From an uncultured bacterium (GTDB lineage Bacteria > Fidelibacterota > UBA2242 > JAFGTP01), in contig CAZXFH010000004.1 of assembly GCA_964640055.1 (NCBI GenBank), positions 26,016 to 90,015 on the forward strand: a stretch of DNA of 64,000 nt. The letters are read 5' to 3'. A program made the translations under genes and the position numbers. Of this stretch, positions 1 through 8,674 are shown piece after piece. Every line of letters starts with the position of its first letter. Position 1 is the stretch's first letter. Below the pieces are notes generated by a model that did no database searches, was not told where the DNA came from, and saw nothing but the letters and a program-made list of their open reading frames with translations.

Positions 1-508
1 GGGTATCAGCAGTCACTTTCTCTGTCTGTTTGATTACTGAAACCGATTCCCCGGTCAGAGGGGCTTCTTTCACCCGCAGCGCATTGGCTTCCGCCAGCCG
101 CAGATCCGCCGGCACAATATCTCCACCTTCCAGCAACACAATATCCCCGGGAACCAGCTTGTCCACGACAAGGTTGTATTCCTGACCCTGTCGCCGCACC
201 CGGGTGCGTTGCTTACCCATCGCCCGCAAAGCCTGCATGGAGCGCACCGCCCGGAGCTCACTGATAAATCCAATAGTCGTATTAACGATCAGCACGGCGA
301 TAATGGCAATCGCTTCAGGTAATTGGCCAAACAAAAAAGCAATCAGGGCAGCGACCAGCAGCAAAATCAAGACCAGGCTTTTGAACTGATCGATCAAGAT
401 AGTCACAGCACTGCGCCGCTTTTTAGTTCGCAGCCGATTGAGGCCATATTGCTGACGCCGGCGGGAAACCTGCTGTTTGTTAAGACCGGCCTCTATTTGG
501 GTATCCAA
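1..508 (-). CDS. P-type cation-transporting ATPase, N-terminal fragment (continues beyond window start)
   Basis: Absent from the ORF track because it is truncated by the window edge. Reverse-strand translation reads LDTQIEAGLNKQQVSRRRQQYGLNRL, then TM helices (LVLILLLVAALIAF, AIAIIAVLIVNTTIGF), then VDKLVPGDIVLLEGGDIVPADLRL and PLTGES. This is the Cation_ATPase_N plus actuator-domain pattern. The first in-frame start is TTG at 508, and an in-frame TGA lies at 545-547. Confidence 0.75.
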   Translation of the reverse strand, partial: MDTQIEAGLNKQQVSRRRQQYGLNRLRTKKRRSAVTILIDQFKSLVLILLLVAALIAFLFGQLPEAIAIIAVLIVNTTIGFISELRAVRSMQALRAMGKQRTRVRRQGQEYNLVVDKLVPGDIVLLEGGDIVPADLRLAEANALRVKEAPLTGESVSVIKQTEKVTADT

Positions 509-594
509 CTGGTCTGCTGCAGCCTCAACCCCGTGGGCATAATAATCAAATTCCATAATCGGATCCGGATGAGTCTGATTATCGACTGACACGT

Positions 595-1371
595 TTATTC
601 CATAATATTATTTTCAGATAACGGTCTGGTATCTAGCAGATAGGATTCCAGCTTTAAGATCATATTGCCAAAATTGGCTTTATTGATGATCATAACCGGC
701 AGGCGGTGCTGATCAGCGCTCAGATAGACCGTAATCTCATTTTTGTATTTCTCAAATAATTCACTTTTCCCACTCAACGGTTCCAGAACATAACAATCAA
801 AAGTACCGGCCGGTACGCTCACCATCTCCCGGTGCGACACTAGGATTTTAAAGGGTTTAAATTCATCGTTATCGAAATTATTAACAGAAATTATACGGCC
901 AATATGCAGCTTTCGGGTGCGTAAATAATAGAAGACCGACAGCCCATCGTGTATCCGCTCAGTGATACGGACTGTATCGCTATCCGAGCGGGCCAAAGAA
1001 TCCCGGTAGTCAAAACAAACAGCATAACTCTTATGATAACGGCCTTCGTTAATATCCTTTTTTAACTGCCGGGAAAAAAGGCCATCAATATCTACCCAGC
1101 TTTCAATGTGGTCATTCACCGGATAAAGCTTACCGATCAATCCGGTAGAACGGGTCCGGGAAATAATATGGTAGCTGGGAAAGCCCTCAATGGTATCGAT
1201 ACCGGCCACAAACATGCTGGCCTTCCCCCCTTTGATAAAGTTCAATGCGACGGTATAATTGAGACGCTCACCCACCTGAAAAGGAGCTGAGGGGTGCAGC
1301 TGAGCGCGGACATTACTACAAGAAAGTAATACCAAGGTAAAAAGAACTATGATGGGGTGTTTATTTTTCAT
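595..1371 (-). CDS. secreted/lipoprotein-like protein, DUF3108-like
   Basis: 258-aa ORF with N-terminal signal and lipobox-like MKNKHPIIVLFTLVLLSCS. The GERLNYTV...FIKGGKASMFV pattern is recalled from DUF3108. Only 4 nt separate it from the upstream kinase-like gene on the same strand. Confidence 0.5.
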   Translation of the reverse strand: MKNKHPIIVLFTLVLLSCSNVRAQLHPSAPFQVGERLNYTVALNFIKGGKASMFVAGIDTIEGFPSYHIISRTRSTGLIGKLYPVNDHIESWVDIDGLFSRQLKKDINEGRYHKSYAVCFDYRDSLARSDSDTVRITERIHDGLSVFYYLRTRKLHIGRIISVNNFDNDEFKPFKILVSHREMVSVPAGTFDCYVLEPLSGKSELFEKYKNEITVYLSADQHRLPVMIINKANFGNMILKLESYLLDTRPLSENNIME

Positions 1372-1375
1372 GGTA

Positions 1376-2176
1376 TCAGCGTATCCGCTGTAAAATTTCC
1401 TGCCGCAGCTGCCTTTTCTGCTTTTTAAGCCGCAAGCGCCAGCGATTGCGGTACAAGGCGCGGGTCAGGCGCAGGCTGTTTTTTTGACGCTCCCCCACGG
1501 CATAGTGTTCCAGAAAGGTCTGCCACAGGCAGTCCGCATGACATTCCTGCAAATCACAGCGGCACAGATTGATCCGGGCCACATCCCGCATCCGCCGGAC
1601 AGCGCTCAGACGACGCTGCGGTTTGGCCCGATTCAAATCAATCAAATAAAGCGGCCGGGCATCAGCCCGGGAGGCTAAAAAATTACCCCGTGTCAGATCA
1701 TTATGCAACCATCCGCGGGCATGCAATTTCGTCACCATCTTGGCTATTTCACCTACGATCTCCTGCTTTTTTTCCCAGGAAACCTGATCATCCCGCAATA
1801 ACTTGCGCACTCTGACAGCCTGAGGTACATGTTCCGTGATGGTAAAATTTTGACGCACAAATCCCCAAGATCGACGGGTGAACACCCCCAGTGGCGCTGG
1901 CACTTTAACACCAATTTTTAAGAGGTCATGACTCGCATCCCAATCCAACTGAGCCCGGGAGCGCATCAGCGGGCTAAGCAACTGACTGAGCATATTACGC
2001 CAACCAAAGTTTTTGACCAGCACGGTTTGATCCTTTTTATTGAGGGGCAGGGTCAGCCGGGCCACCAGATTGATCTCATCTTTATATATCTCAGTCGCAT
2101 TTTGCCGCAGCCAGGATTTATCACCCAAGCGCTGCAGCCAAACAGTTGATAAGGGTTGACCCAGATAAATATACAT
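1376..2176 (-). CDS. lipopolysaccharide kinase (Kdo/WaaP/InaA) family protein
   Basis: 266-aa ORF with a kinase catalytic loop GWLHNDLTRGNFL and LYLIDLNRAK, and a basic C-terminal tail. Tightly packed in the same-strand operon. Confidence 0.65.
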   Translation of the reverse strand: MYIYLGQPLSTVWLQRLGDKSWLRQNATEIYKDEINLVARLTLPLNKKDQTVLVKNFGWRNMLSQLLSPLMRSRAQLDWDASHDLLKIGVKVPAPLGVFTRRSWGFVRQNFTITEHVPQAVRVRKLLRDDQVSWEKKQEIVGEIAKMVTKLHARGWLHNDLTRGNFLASRADARPLYLIDLNRAKPQRRLSAVRRMRDVARINLCRCDLQECHADCLWQTFLEHYAVGERQKNSLRLTRALYRNRWRLRLKKQKRQLRQEILQRIR

Positions 2177-2177
2177 A

Positions 2178-3212
2178 TCACCAGTACCCGAACTTTTTAC
2201 GCGCTTTGTACTTGCGGAGCAGATTGAGGGGTTTGGATTTCAGCCGGGCGCTTAAATTCTCATCCAGGGCTTGTTGGGTTGCGTCCAGGACCCGCTGACT
2301 GTTGTGTCGGTCACGATAAGGGTGAATCTGGTCCAGCACTTTGTAGCGATTCCACTGGTCTTCCCAAGGGTATTGCCGGGCATGATCAACTGCCGCCCGT
2401 AATTTATCGAGGCTGGTTATATTAATTCCCTTTTCCAGGCGCACCCGGGCATCAATGGTAATTACCGGTTTATCCAGCAACATAAATTCATAAACGATCG
2501 AGGAGGTATCCGAGATCATCACATCCGCCACTTTTAACAAGGGGACATTGTCATGATGCTGATATACTTTGATTTTCTTGTTTGTCAGGTTCATAAAATG
2601 CTTCACTTCCGCCGCTGGCATCAGATCATGAAACTTTATCAGCCAGGTTTCATCATCTTTGGGAAGTGCTTGTAAATGAGCATATATTTTTAAGGAAGAT
2701 TTGAATTTAGGGCTGAAGGTTGGGCAGTAGGCAATCAGCTTATTTTGAGGATTAACCCCCAAGCGATTGCAGAGGGCCGACCGTTCAAAGGGTGCCAGCA
2801 GATAATCGACTTTGGGCCAGCCGGTTTCCCGGACTGCAAAATGCTGATAGTGCCAGGCGAGCTGCTGAAATTTCCGGGTGATCAGAGGCCCGGAAGTACA
2901 GTAGAGATCAAAAAATCCGGTGATCTTGTAATGACCGCCTTTTTCTTCACAAAGACCATGAAAGATCTGCACCTTGAGACCCGGTAGTTTGTCATGGACG
3001 ATATTGCCCGGCACAAAGACGGCCTGCGGATCAAAGGCCATGGCCTTTTCCAAATCCGTGGTCACGGGAAAATCAGCCGGCGCCAGCTGCGCCAGTTCAG
3101 GGAGCAGGTAAACCAGGGCGCGGTTGTCCGGGTTGCACCGGATCGCCGCCAGCAGGGGCTGCGCCACACTGAACGAATAGGGTTTGGTGATAAAGAGTAA
3201 ATAGCGCTGCAT
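2178..3212 (-). CDS. CDP-glycerol glycerophosphotransferase (TagF-like) family protein
   Basis: 344-aa ORF. The C-terminal motif VMISDTSSIVYEFMLLDKPVITID is typical of the Glyphos_transf family. Confidence 0.7.
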   Translation of the reverse strand: MQRYLLFITKPYSFSVAQPLLAAIRCNPDNRALVYLLPELAQLAPADFPVTTDLEKAMAFDPQAVFVPGNIVHDKLPGLKVQIFHGLCEEKGGHYKITGFFDLYCTSGPLITRKFQQLAWHYQHFAVRETGWPKVDYLLAPFERSALCNRLGVNPQNKLIAYCPTFSPKFKSSLKIYAHLQALPKDDETWLIKFHDLMPAAEVKHFMNLTNKKIKVYQHHDNVPLLKVADVMISDTSSIVYEFMLLDKPVITIDARVRLEKGINITSLDKLRAAVDHARQYPWEDQWNRYKVLDQIHPYRDRHNSQRVLDATQQALDENLSARLKSKPLNLLRKYKARKKFGYW

Positions 3213-4327
3213 CAGGAACGGCTCTCCCCTCGATGAGCAGCCAGACGCTGTTTTAAGTCGGCCACAACCCGGGCGGCTGCCTGACCATCCACCGGTCCCA
3301 AAAAGAAAGATTTGCGCTCTTTAATAATAGTATGACGCTGATCCGCATCCCTTAGCGCTTTAGTCAGCACTTGGGGTAATGCACCAGGTTTCGGCAAGTG
3401 ATAGGCAAAATCCATCCGGGGCAAAATTTTCGGGTCCAGGCGGTTTTTTCTGAAGCGACGATAAAACCACTTATGATGGCGACGTAAATGGTAAAAATCG
3501 CAAACCAGGGCCGGATTCTCAGTGGCCAGATATTCAAAAAGAGCGGATGAGGCTTCACTGATCAACAGATCAGACAGGGGGAACAAGGGAATAATATTGA
3601 ATATCTCCGGGGGGAGCAAATAGACATGAGCATATTTTTCGGACAGGCGCTGGAACAAACGCTGCTGATGCTGATACTTGGGCTTTGTCCAGGAAAATTG
3701 ATGGAGTTTGACCATTAGGTTGTAGCCCCGGGTTAACTCCGCCAGCTGCTCACCGAAAATCTCGATCGAGCTGGGATAGAAAGTGGGTGCATAGAGCAGC
3801 GTGGGCCGCTCCGGAGCCAGGTTCAGCTGGTCAGCCAGCGCTTTCGTCTCCTGAGCGTCGAACAGCAGATCCAGTTTGGGAAAGCCGGTCACCACCAGCG
3901 CTGTCGCCCCATCCCGCCTGCGCAACTCCTGATAACGGTAATCAGACTCCACATAGCGGACATCAATGCGGGGATGATAATCCGTATAATAACAGGATTT
4001 AATCCCGATACCGTGATAGAGTAAAACCGCCAGGGTGTCAGCACTGCAATAATCTCCGGCATGCCGGCTTTTCCCAAAGACCGTCACATCAAAATTAGCG
4101 GCTAAAATTTTGGCGCGGCGTTCCTTTTCATTCCGGGCCGTTAAAAATTCTCCGGGCAGATCCTGCACCGCCTGGCGGATCAAATTGTAATCCTGCCGCG
4201 AGTTATTCAGATGAGCCGTATAATATACCATAAAGTCCTGGTCCCGGTTCATGGCCTGGATGACCGGTATAAACTGGGGTAAATAATAGAGGTGATGAAT
4301 ATTAAAAAGGATGCGAATCGGCTTCAC
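3212..4327 (-). CDS. CDP-glycerol glycerophosphotransferase (TagF-like) family protein
   Basis: 371-aa ORF with motif LLISEASSALFEYLATENPALV. Its stop shares 1 nt with the start of the downstream TagF-like gene. Confidence 0.65.
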   Translation of the reverse strand: MKPIRILFNIHHLYYLPQFIPVIQAMNRDQDFMVYYTAHLNNSRQDYNLIRQAVQDLPGEFLTARNEKERRAKILAANFDVTVFGKSRHAGDYCSADTLAVLLYHGIGIKSCYYTDYHPRIDVRYVESDYRYQELRRRDGATALVVTGFPKLDLLFDAQETKALADQLNLAPERPTLLYAPTFYPSSIEIFGEQLAELTRGYNLMVKLHQFSWTKPKYQHQQRLFQRLSEKYAHVYLLPPEIFNIIPLFPLSDLLISEASSALFEYLATENPALVCDFYHLRRHHKWFYRRFRKNRLDPKILPRMDFAYHLPKPGALPQVLTKALRDADQRHTIIKERKSFFLGPVDGQAAARVVADLKQRLAAHRGESRS

Positions 4328-4363
4328 TTTCTGAATACTTTCTCCCCTTATTACAGTAAACTT

Positions 4364-5131
4364 TCAAGGATTAAAACTGCATATACGCGGTAAAACGGTT
4401 TTCTCTGCCGCTTGCAGGTCTTCCGGAAAATCGATCTCAATAGCCGGAATATCGGTGATATCGGTATAAAAAACCTTGTATTTGTCTAAAAGTCGGTCCA
4501 GGGCTTTTTCGAAAAAAGCCTTCTGATCACCTTCGTCAACCACGGCTTTCAGGCGTTTGGCAAAATCAGGAGCCATTTCTGCGGCAAAACGGGCAATGCC
4601 CACAAACTCACCCAAACTCTGCTCTAAATCCAGCTGCTTGCCGATCCGTAATACGCGGCCCTGTTGATCAACAATTACCTTGACCTCTTCCGCGCCGCAT
4701 TGTTTGACTTCCACACCCAAAACCTGCCCGTGATTGGAATTTAACAACCGACCCAACAGAGCAGGATGAAAAAGCACATCGGCATTGAAATAGAGAAAAT
4801 CACGGTGCTGAAAATAGTTTCGGGCCAGCCACAGGGAATAGACCGTATTGGTGGTGGCATAATCCTTATTTTCAACGTAGGTAATGTGCAGGTTTTTATA
4901 CTGATCACCAAATTTAGCAATGATCTGCTCTTTTAAAAATCCGACCACGATCACAACCTGGCCAACCCCATACTGATCCAGGGCATCCAGCTGATATTCC
5001 AGGATGGACTGGTCACCGATTTCCAATAAACATTTATGGCGGTTGTCGGTCAGGGGCGACAAACGTCGGGCCGAACCGGCTGCTAGTATAATGGCGATCT
5101 CTTGGCGTTTTCGAAACTTGGTATGACTCAT
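4364..5131 (-). CDS. LicC-like nucleotidyltransferase (phospho-alcohol/sugar-phosphate cytidylyltransferase)
   Basis: 255-aa ORF. N-terminal IAIILAAGSARRLSPLTDNRHKCLLEI is the NTP_transferase G-loop. TTNTVYSLWLA resembles the LicC NNxYSLYL motif. Confidence 0.7.
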   Translation of the reverse strand: MSHTKFRKRQEIAIILAAGSARRLSPLTDNRHKCLLEIGDQSILEYQLDALDQYGVGQVVIVVGFLKEQIIAKFGDQYKNLHITYVENKDYATTNTVYSLWLARNYFQHRDFLYFNADVLFHPALLGRLLNSNHGQVLGVEVKQCGAEEVKVIVDQQGRVLRIGKQLDLEQSLGEFVGIARFAAEMAPDFAKRLKAVVDEGDQKAFFEKALDRLLDKYKVFYTDITDIPAIEIDFPEDLQAAEKTVLPRICSFNP

Positions 5132-5151
5132 CGTCTTCGTTCCAAATGTTG

Positions 5152-5943
5152 TTAATTGTTTATATAATCCAATTCTTGCAGCAAAGCCACCACTGTATTG
5201 TTTTGCATCACCTTTTCAATCCGGGCCGCATGTTCCTTTTTCCGCCAGCGGCCGATAGAGTTGCTGTGCAGCTGCTGCAGGGATGAAAACCAGGCCCGGT
5301 TGCGGCGCACCCGGGTATGGTCATACCAGGCCCGCAGCTGCGGTACCAGCGGTTCCTCCAGAAAATCACAGATCCGGGTTAGGGTAGCTTCGAAATCCAG
5401 GATCAATGCTTCGTATTTCAGGGTCAGAACCCGGGGGTGATCCTTGACCGCCAGCCCGGCTTTAACATCCTCTACCCAGCGCTCAATGGGTATCCAATAG
5501 GCCTGGGGATCTTCAGGATGACGGGAGGTCAGCACATCCCGGCCATCACGGATCATATGGATCAGCCGGACCTCCTCCTGGTAATAATTCAGGATCTTTT
5601 TAAAATGAACCACATTCTTGGGCTTTTTCAGGCAGTAACGGGTTGCCGCGGACGGAATCCGGCGGAGCAGAATATAACGGTACAAACGATCCATGCGCCG
5701 GGGTACTTTTTTAACCTTTCCGTCGCGGGGATCCAACCGCTGATCCCATTGCAGAAAATTGCCGATCTCATCGGGCAGACTATAAATATGGGGGTGAGCG
5801 TCCAGGATAGCGACCAGCAGAGTGGTTCCGGAGCGACCGCAACCACCGATAACGATCTGCGGTGCACTGAAATGACGCTCGATCTTCCGGCGGCCCAAAG
5901 AGTTAATCAGCGGATTAATGGCCCGTTTAAAGGGATTTAACAC
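5152..5943 (-). CDS. sulfotransferase family protein
   Basis: 263-aa ORF with GGCGRSGTTLL (5'-PSB PAPS loop) and MIRDGRDVLTS (3'-PB-like motif). Confidence 0.7.
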   Translation of the reverse strand: MLNPFKRAINPLINSLGRRKIERHFSAPQIVIGGCGRSGTTLLVAILDAHPHIYSLPDEIGNFLQWDQRLDPRDGKVKKVPRRMDRLYRYILLRRIPSAATRYCLKKPKNVVHFKKILNYYQEEVRLIHMIRDGRDVLTSRHPEDPQAYWIPIERWVEDVKAGLAVKDHPRVLTLKYEALILDFEATLTRICDFLEEPLVPQLRAWYDHTRVRRNRAWFSSLQQLHSNSIGRWRKKEHAARIEKVMQNNTVVALLQELDYINN

Positions 5944-5944
5944 G

Positions 5945-7051
5945 CTATCTCCCCTCGTTGATAAATTGATAAATGGCCTTTGCTGCTCTTAGGGAGGACG
6001 GGGTGTCTTGCAGATCAATATATTCCGGTACCCGCTGGTACTGTAAAGCCTGATAGGGATTTTGGCCTTTCATCTCCGACAACACGTCCGGAAGTTTGGC
6101 AAACTCATTAATCACCGGTCCCAGCTCCCAGAACCGGAAGTTGACATTCCCCTGCCAGTCGATCTGATGGGGATTTAAAAAGATTGCAGGGCGGGGCTGC
6201 AGGGCCAGAAACTCATAGACCATACTGCTGACATCCCCCAGATAAATATCCGCCATACGCAGATAGGTGGTATCGATACTGTGAATACTGCCCAGATCAA
6301 TATGGATATGATCCGCTTTATAAGGTTCCAGATCCAGATCATAGCCGTGCCTGAACTGCCAGTGCTGCAGCTGGATGTGGGGGGCGAAAATCAGATTGTA
6401 ATCCGCAGAATGATAAAAATATTCCAGGATCTCTTTACCCCAGCGTGGATAGGAACTCAGCTTCGGTTTCCAGTGGGGCGTATAGATCACGATCGGCCGG
6501 CGCTCCTTGAACAGTGGCTTTTTTAAATTATGGGCCGGGACCGGATAGTCAAATTTGGGATAACCCACAATGCGGATCTTCGCTTCCGAAACCACCCCTT
6601 CCTTAACCAGGCGCTGGCGGTAATAAGGACCGGGAATCAGCAGCAGATCAAAGCGGTCCATGCCCGGATCAAAGCTGTAGCGCCGGTCACCACAACCGTG
6701 ATACTGATAGATCAGGGCCGGATGATCGAGTTTCAGTTTGCGGCTGCGCTTGCCCAGGGCATGCGAGGTGGCAATAATCGCTTTGGCATTCCGGAGATAA
6801 GGCCGGGCTTTAGGCAGGGTTTCCTGCAGAGCAGGGTAGACTTTCTTTTTAAAATTCAAGTGTTTAAACCGGAAGGGCAAGGGCAGGGTCACCAGCTGAC
6901 AGCGGTGATCGGGATAGTGAGCAGCAATGGACTGCAACAACTGGGTGTGGCGCCGGGTACAGCTGATCAGAATCACCGGATAGGTATCCTGCAGCCGGGA
7001 AAACTCCATGGCAGTCATCGCAGTATGCAATAACTGATGCCTGCCGTGCAA
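5945..7051 (-). CDS. CDP-glycerol glycerophosphotransferase (TagF-like) family protein
   Basis: 368-aa ORF with motif IYLGDVSSMVYEFLALQPRPAIFL. First gene of the minus-strand operon 7051->595. Confidence 0.65.
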   Translation of the reverse strand: MHGRHQLLHTAMTAMEFSRLQDTYPVILISCTRRHTQLLQSIAAHYPDHRCQLVTLPLPFRFKHLNFKKKVYPALQETLPKARPYLRNAKAIIATSHALGKRSRKLKLDHPALIYQYHGCGDRRYSFDPGMDRFDLLLIPGPYYRQRLVKEGVVSEAKIRIVGYPKFDYPVPAHNLKKPLFKERRPIVIYTPHWKPKLSSYPRWGKEILEYFYHSADYNLIFAPHIQLQHWQFRHGYDLDLEPYKADHIHIDLGSIHSIDTTYLRMADIYLGDVSSMVYEFLALQPRPAIFLNPHQIDWQGNVNFRFWELGPVINEFAKLPDVLSEMKGQNPYQALQYQRVPEYIDLQDTPSSLRAAKAIYQFINEGR

Positions 7052-7498
7052 GTATAGAAAGACAACTGAATTTTCCTGAGGCGTAACTTGTGAAATCAGG
7101 TATCCTTATGGTTTGGTCAGAGCGGCGCGCTTTCCCGCCGCTAAAATACGCCTAAATTTACTGTTTTCAGCCTATAAATGAAGTGAATTTATACCCTGAT
7201 TAGACCCAGATCCTGATAATTCTGGCTGAAAAAGGTCTATTTTGGTGCTTGTATTTTTGCATATTAACTGCCCCCTCAATTGAAGTTGGGATCTGATAAT
7301 TCTCACAATCAGCTCCCGCAATACCTGTCTGGTCGAAAGCCAGTCCGGCAAATGCCATCTGATCACATGGCCGGCTCTCGGGAAAGATGACAGTTGCCAT
7401 TAGCTTAAATAGTCTGTATTTTTAACCATAATAGATCATTCGAGCCCTGGAAAGTCATGTTAATAAAGCACATAAACTCCACGTTATTCCCAACAGGG

Positions 7499-7675
7499 AT
7501 TTTGAAAGCGTTGTAGAACAAGTTTGTAACTTGTTTATCAAATTCCTTCGGTAGAAGAATTTGATTGCTTTGGAGAGGGGTTAATGGGATTTTTGATGGG
7601 CTGTTATCCTGGAAGATAGCCATTTTCCCGGCCGGAAAAACGGCTAAACAATTTGGAAAATTGTTTTACAAGGGG
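7499..7675 (+). repeat. 177-bp direct repeat, copy 1 (REP-like, hairpin-rich), abutting the RAYT start codon
   Basis: Identical base for base to 8334..8510 by manual alignment. Contains GTAG(7513-7516) followed by the palindrome aacaagtt-tgt-aacttgtt (7517-7535). A second GTAG lies at 7551-7554 in cttc-ggta-gaag. Further hairpins are ttttcc-cggcc-ggaaaa and aaacaattt-gga-aaattgttt. Confidence 0.95.
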
Positions 7676-7677
7676 CA

Positions 7678-8322
7678 ATGACTGAAAAACCCAAATATTA
7701 CCACCGCAACTTACCGCATTATTTCATTCCCGGTGCCTGCTATTTTGTGACATTCCGGCTGGCTAATTCGCTACCCCGGAAGACATTCCAAAAATTGAAA
7801 CCCATATATCAGGCAAAACTTAACAGTATAAAATCCTCAAAAATAACCAGACAAAAACAAAACACCCAACTCAATAACACCTGGAAAAAATACTTCTCAG
7901 AAATTGATGAACTGCTCCACAAATATGCTGACAGCCCGAGATATTTACAGCAACACCGAATTGCAGCGCTCGTTGCCAATTCAATAAAATTCTATGACGG
8001 CAAAGAATATGATCTGATCTGTTACTGTATCATGCCGAATCATGTTCATTGTGTTTTTAAATTAAAGGAAAATTCCCGCCTACTGGAAAAAATCATACAA
8101 TCCCTGAAACGTTATACAGCAGCTAAAGCAAATAAAACATTGGTCAGGAGAGGACCCTTCTGGCAGCATGAAAATTATGACCATATTGTCCGGAACGAGC
8201 ATGAATTGGAGCGTATTATTGTATATGTACTGAATAATCCGGTCAAGGCCGGACTGGTGAAAAATCGTGATGATTGGAAATGGAATTATTGTAGATCACA
8301 TTTGCAGGAGACTATGCAATGA
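7678..8322 (+). CDS. REP-associated tyrosine transposase (RAYT) / IS200-like Y1 HUH transposase
   Basis: 214-aa ORF with NLPHYFIPGACYFVTFRL, the HUH motif IMPNHVHCVF, and WQHENYDHIV...YVLNNPVKAGLV (catalytic Tyr region). Both motifs are intact. Confidence 0.85.
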   Translation: MTEKPKYYHRNLPHYFIPGACYFVTFRLANSLPRKTFQKLKPIYQAKLNSIKSSKITRQKQNTQLNNTWKKYFSEIDELLHKYADSPRYLQQHRIAALVANSIKFYDGKEYDLICYCIMPNHVHCVFKLKENSRLLEKIIQSLKRYTAAKANKTLVRRGPFWQHENYDHIVRNEHELERIIVYVLNNPVKAGLVKNRDDWKWNYCRSHLQETMQ

Positions 8323-8333
8323 TCTTGGCAGAA

Positions 8334-8510
8334 ATTTTGAAAGCGTTGTAGAACAAGTTTGTAACTTGTTTATCAAATTCCTTCGGTAGAAGAATTTGAT
8401 TGCTTTGGAGAGGGGTTAATGGGATTTTTGATGGGCTGTTATCCTGGAAGATAGCCATTTTCCCGGCCGGAAAAACGGCTAAACAATTTGGAAAATTGTT
8501 TTACAAGGGG
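8334..8510 (+). repeat. 177-bp direct repeat, copy 2
   Basis: Perfect copy of 7499..7675. It begins 11 nt after the RAYT stop codon. Confidence 0.95.
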
Positions 8511-8674
8511 GCGTTTAATACTTTTTGCATAGTATATTATATTCATAGAATATACCATTTACATCTATTTTCAGCCTGCCAGCCGGTTTTATCCCTGCCA
8601 CAATCCATTCATTTTCTTTAAATTGGGCCTGCCAGAGATCATTGAATCCTTTTAACCCAAGCAAAGGAAAAGCC

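Larger units (their letters stand above)
7499..8510 (+). mobile_element. candidate IS200/RAYT-type unit: transposase gene bounded by identical direct-orientation hairpin ends
   Basis: Repeat-gene-repeat architecture of 1012 bp. HUH single-strand transposons carry their end hairpins on the same strand, consistent with the direct orientation. Mobility itself is not demonstrated. Confidence 0.45.

Noticed and set aside
5437-7033. 167-aa plus-strand ORFs at 5437-5940 and 6530-7033
   Set aside because: These are antisense to the sulfotransferase and TagF-like genes, so they are shadow ORFs.
7052-7498. 447-bp gap upstream of the polymer operon, with 64-66-aa ORFs (7172-7366, 7200-7400) and a GC hairpin (agcggcg...cgccgct near 7122-7143)
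   Set aside because: The small ORFs overlap each other, lack an RBS or motifs, and have implausible composition. The hairpin has no adjacent T-run on either strand. I could support no feature beyond a probable promoter or leader region.
7405-7623. 72-aa minus ORF inside repeat copy 1, and 73-aa plus ORF (8400-8621) inside repeat copy 2
   Set aside because: The two copies of the identical 177-bp repeat would be read on opposite strands or frames, so neither is a conserved coding frame. The sequence is dominated by palindromes and is treated as non-coding.
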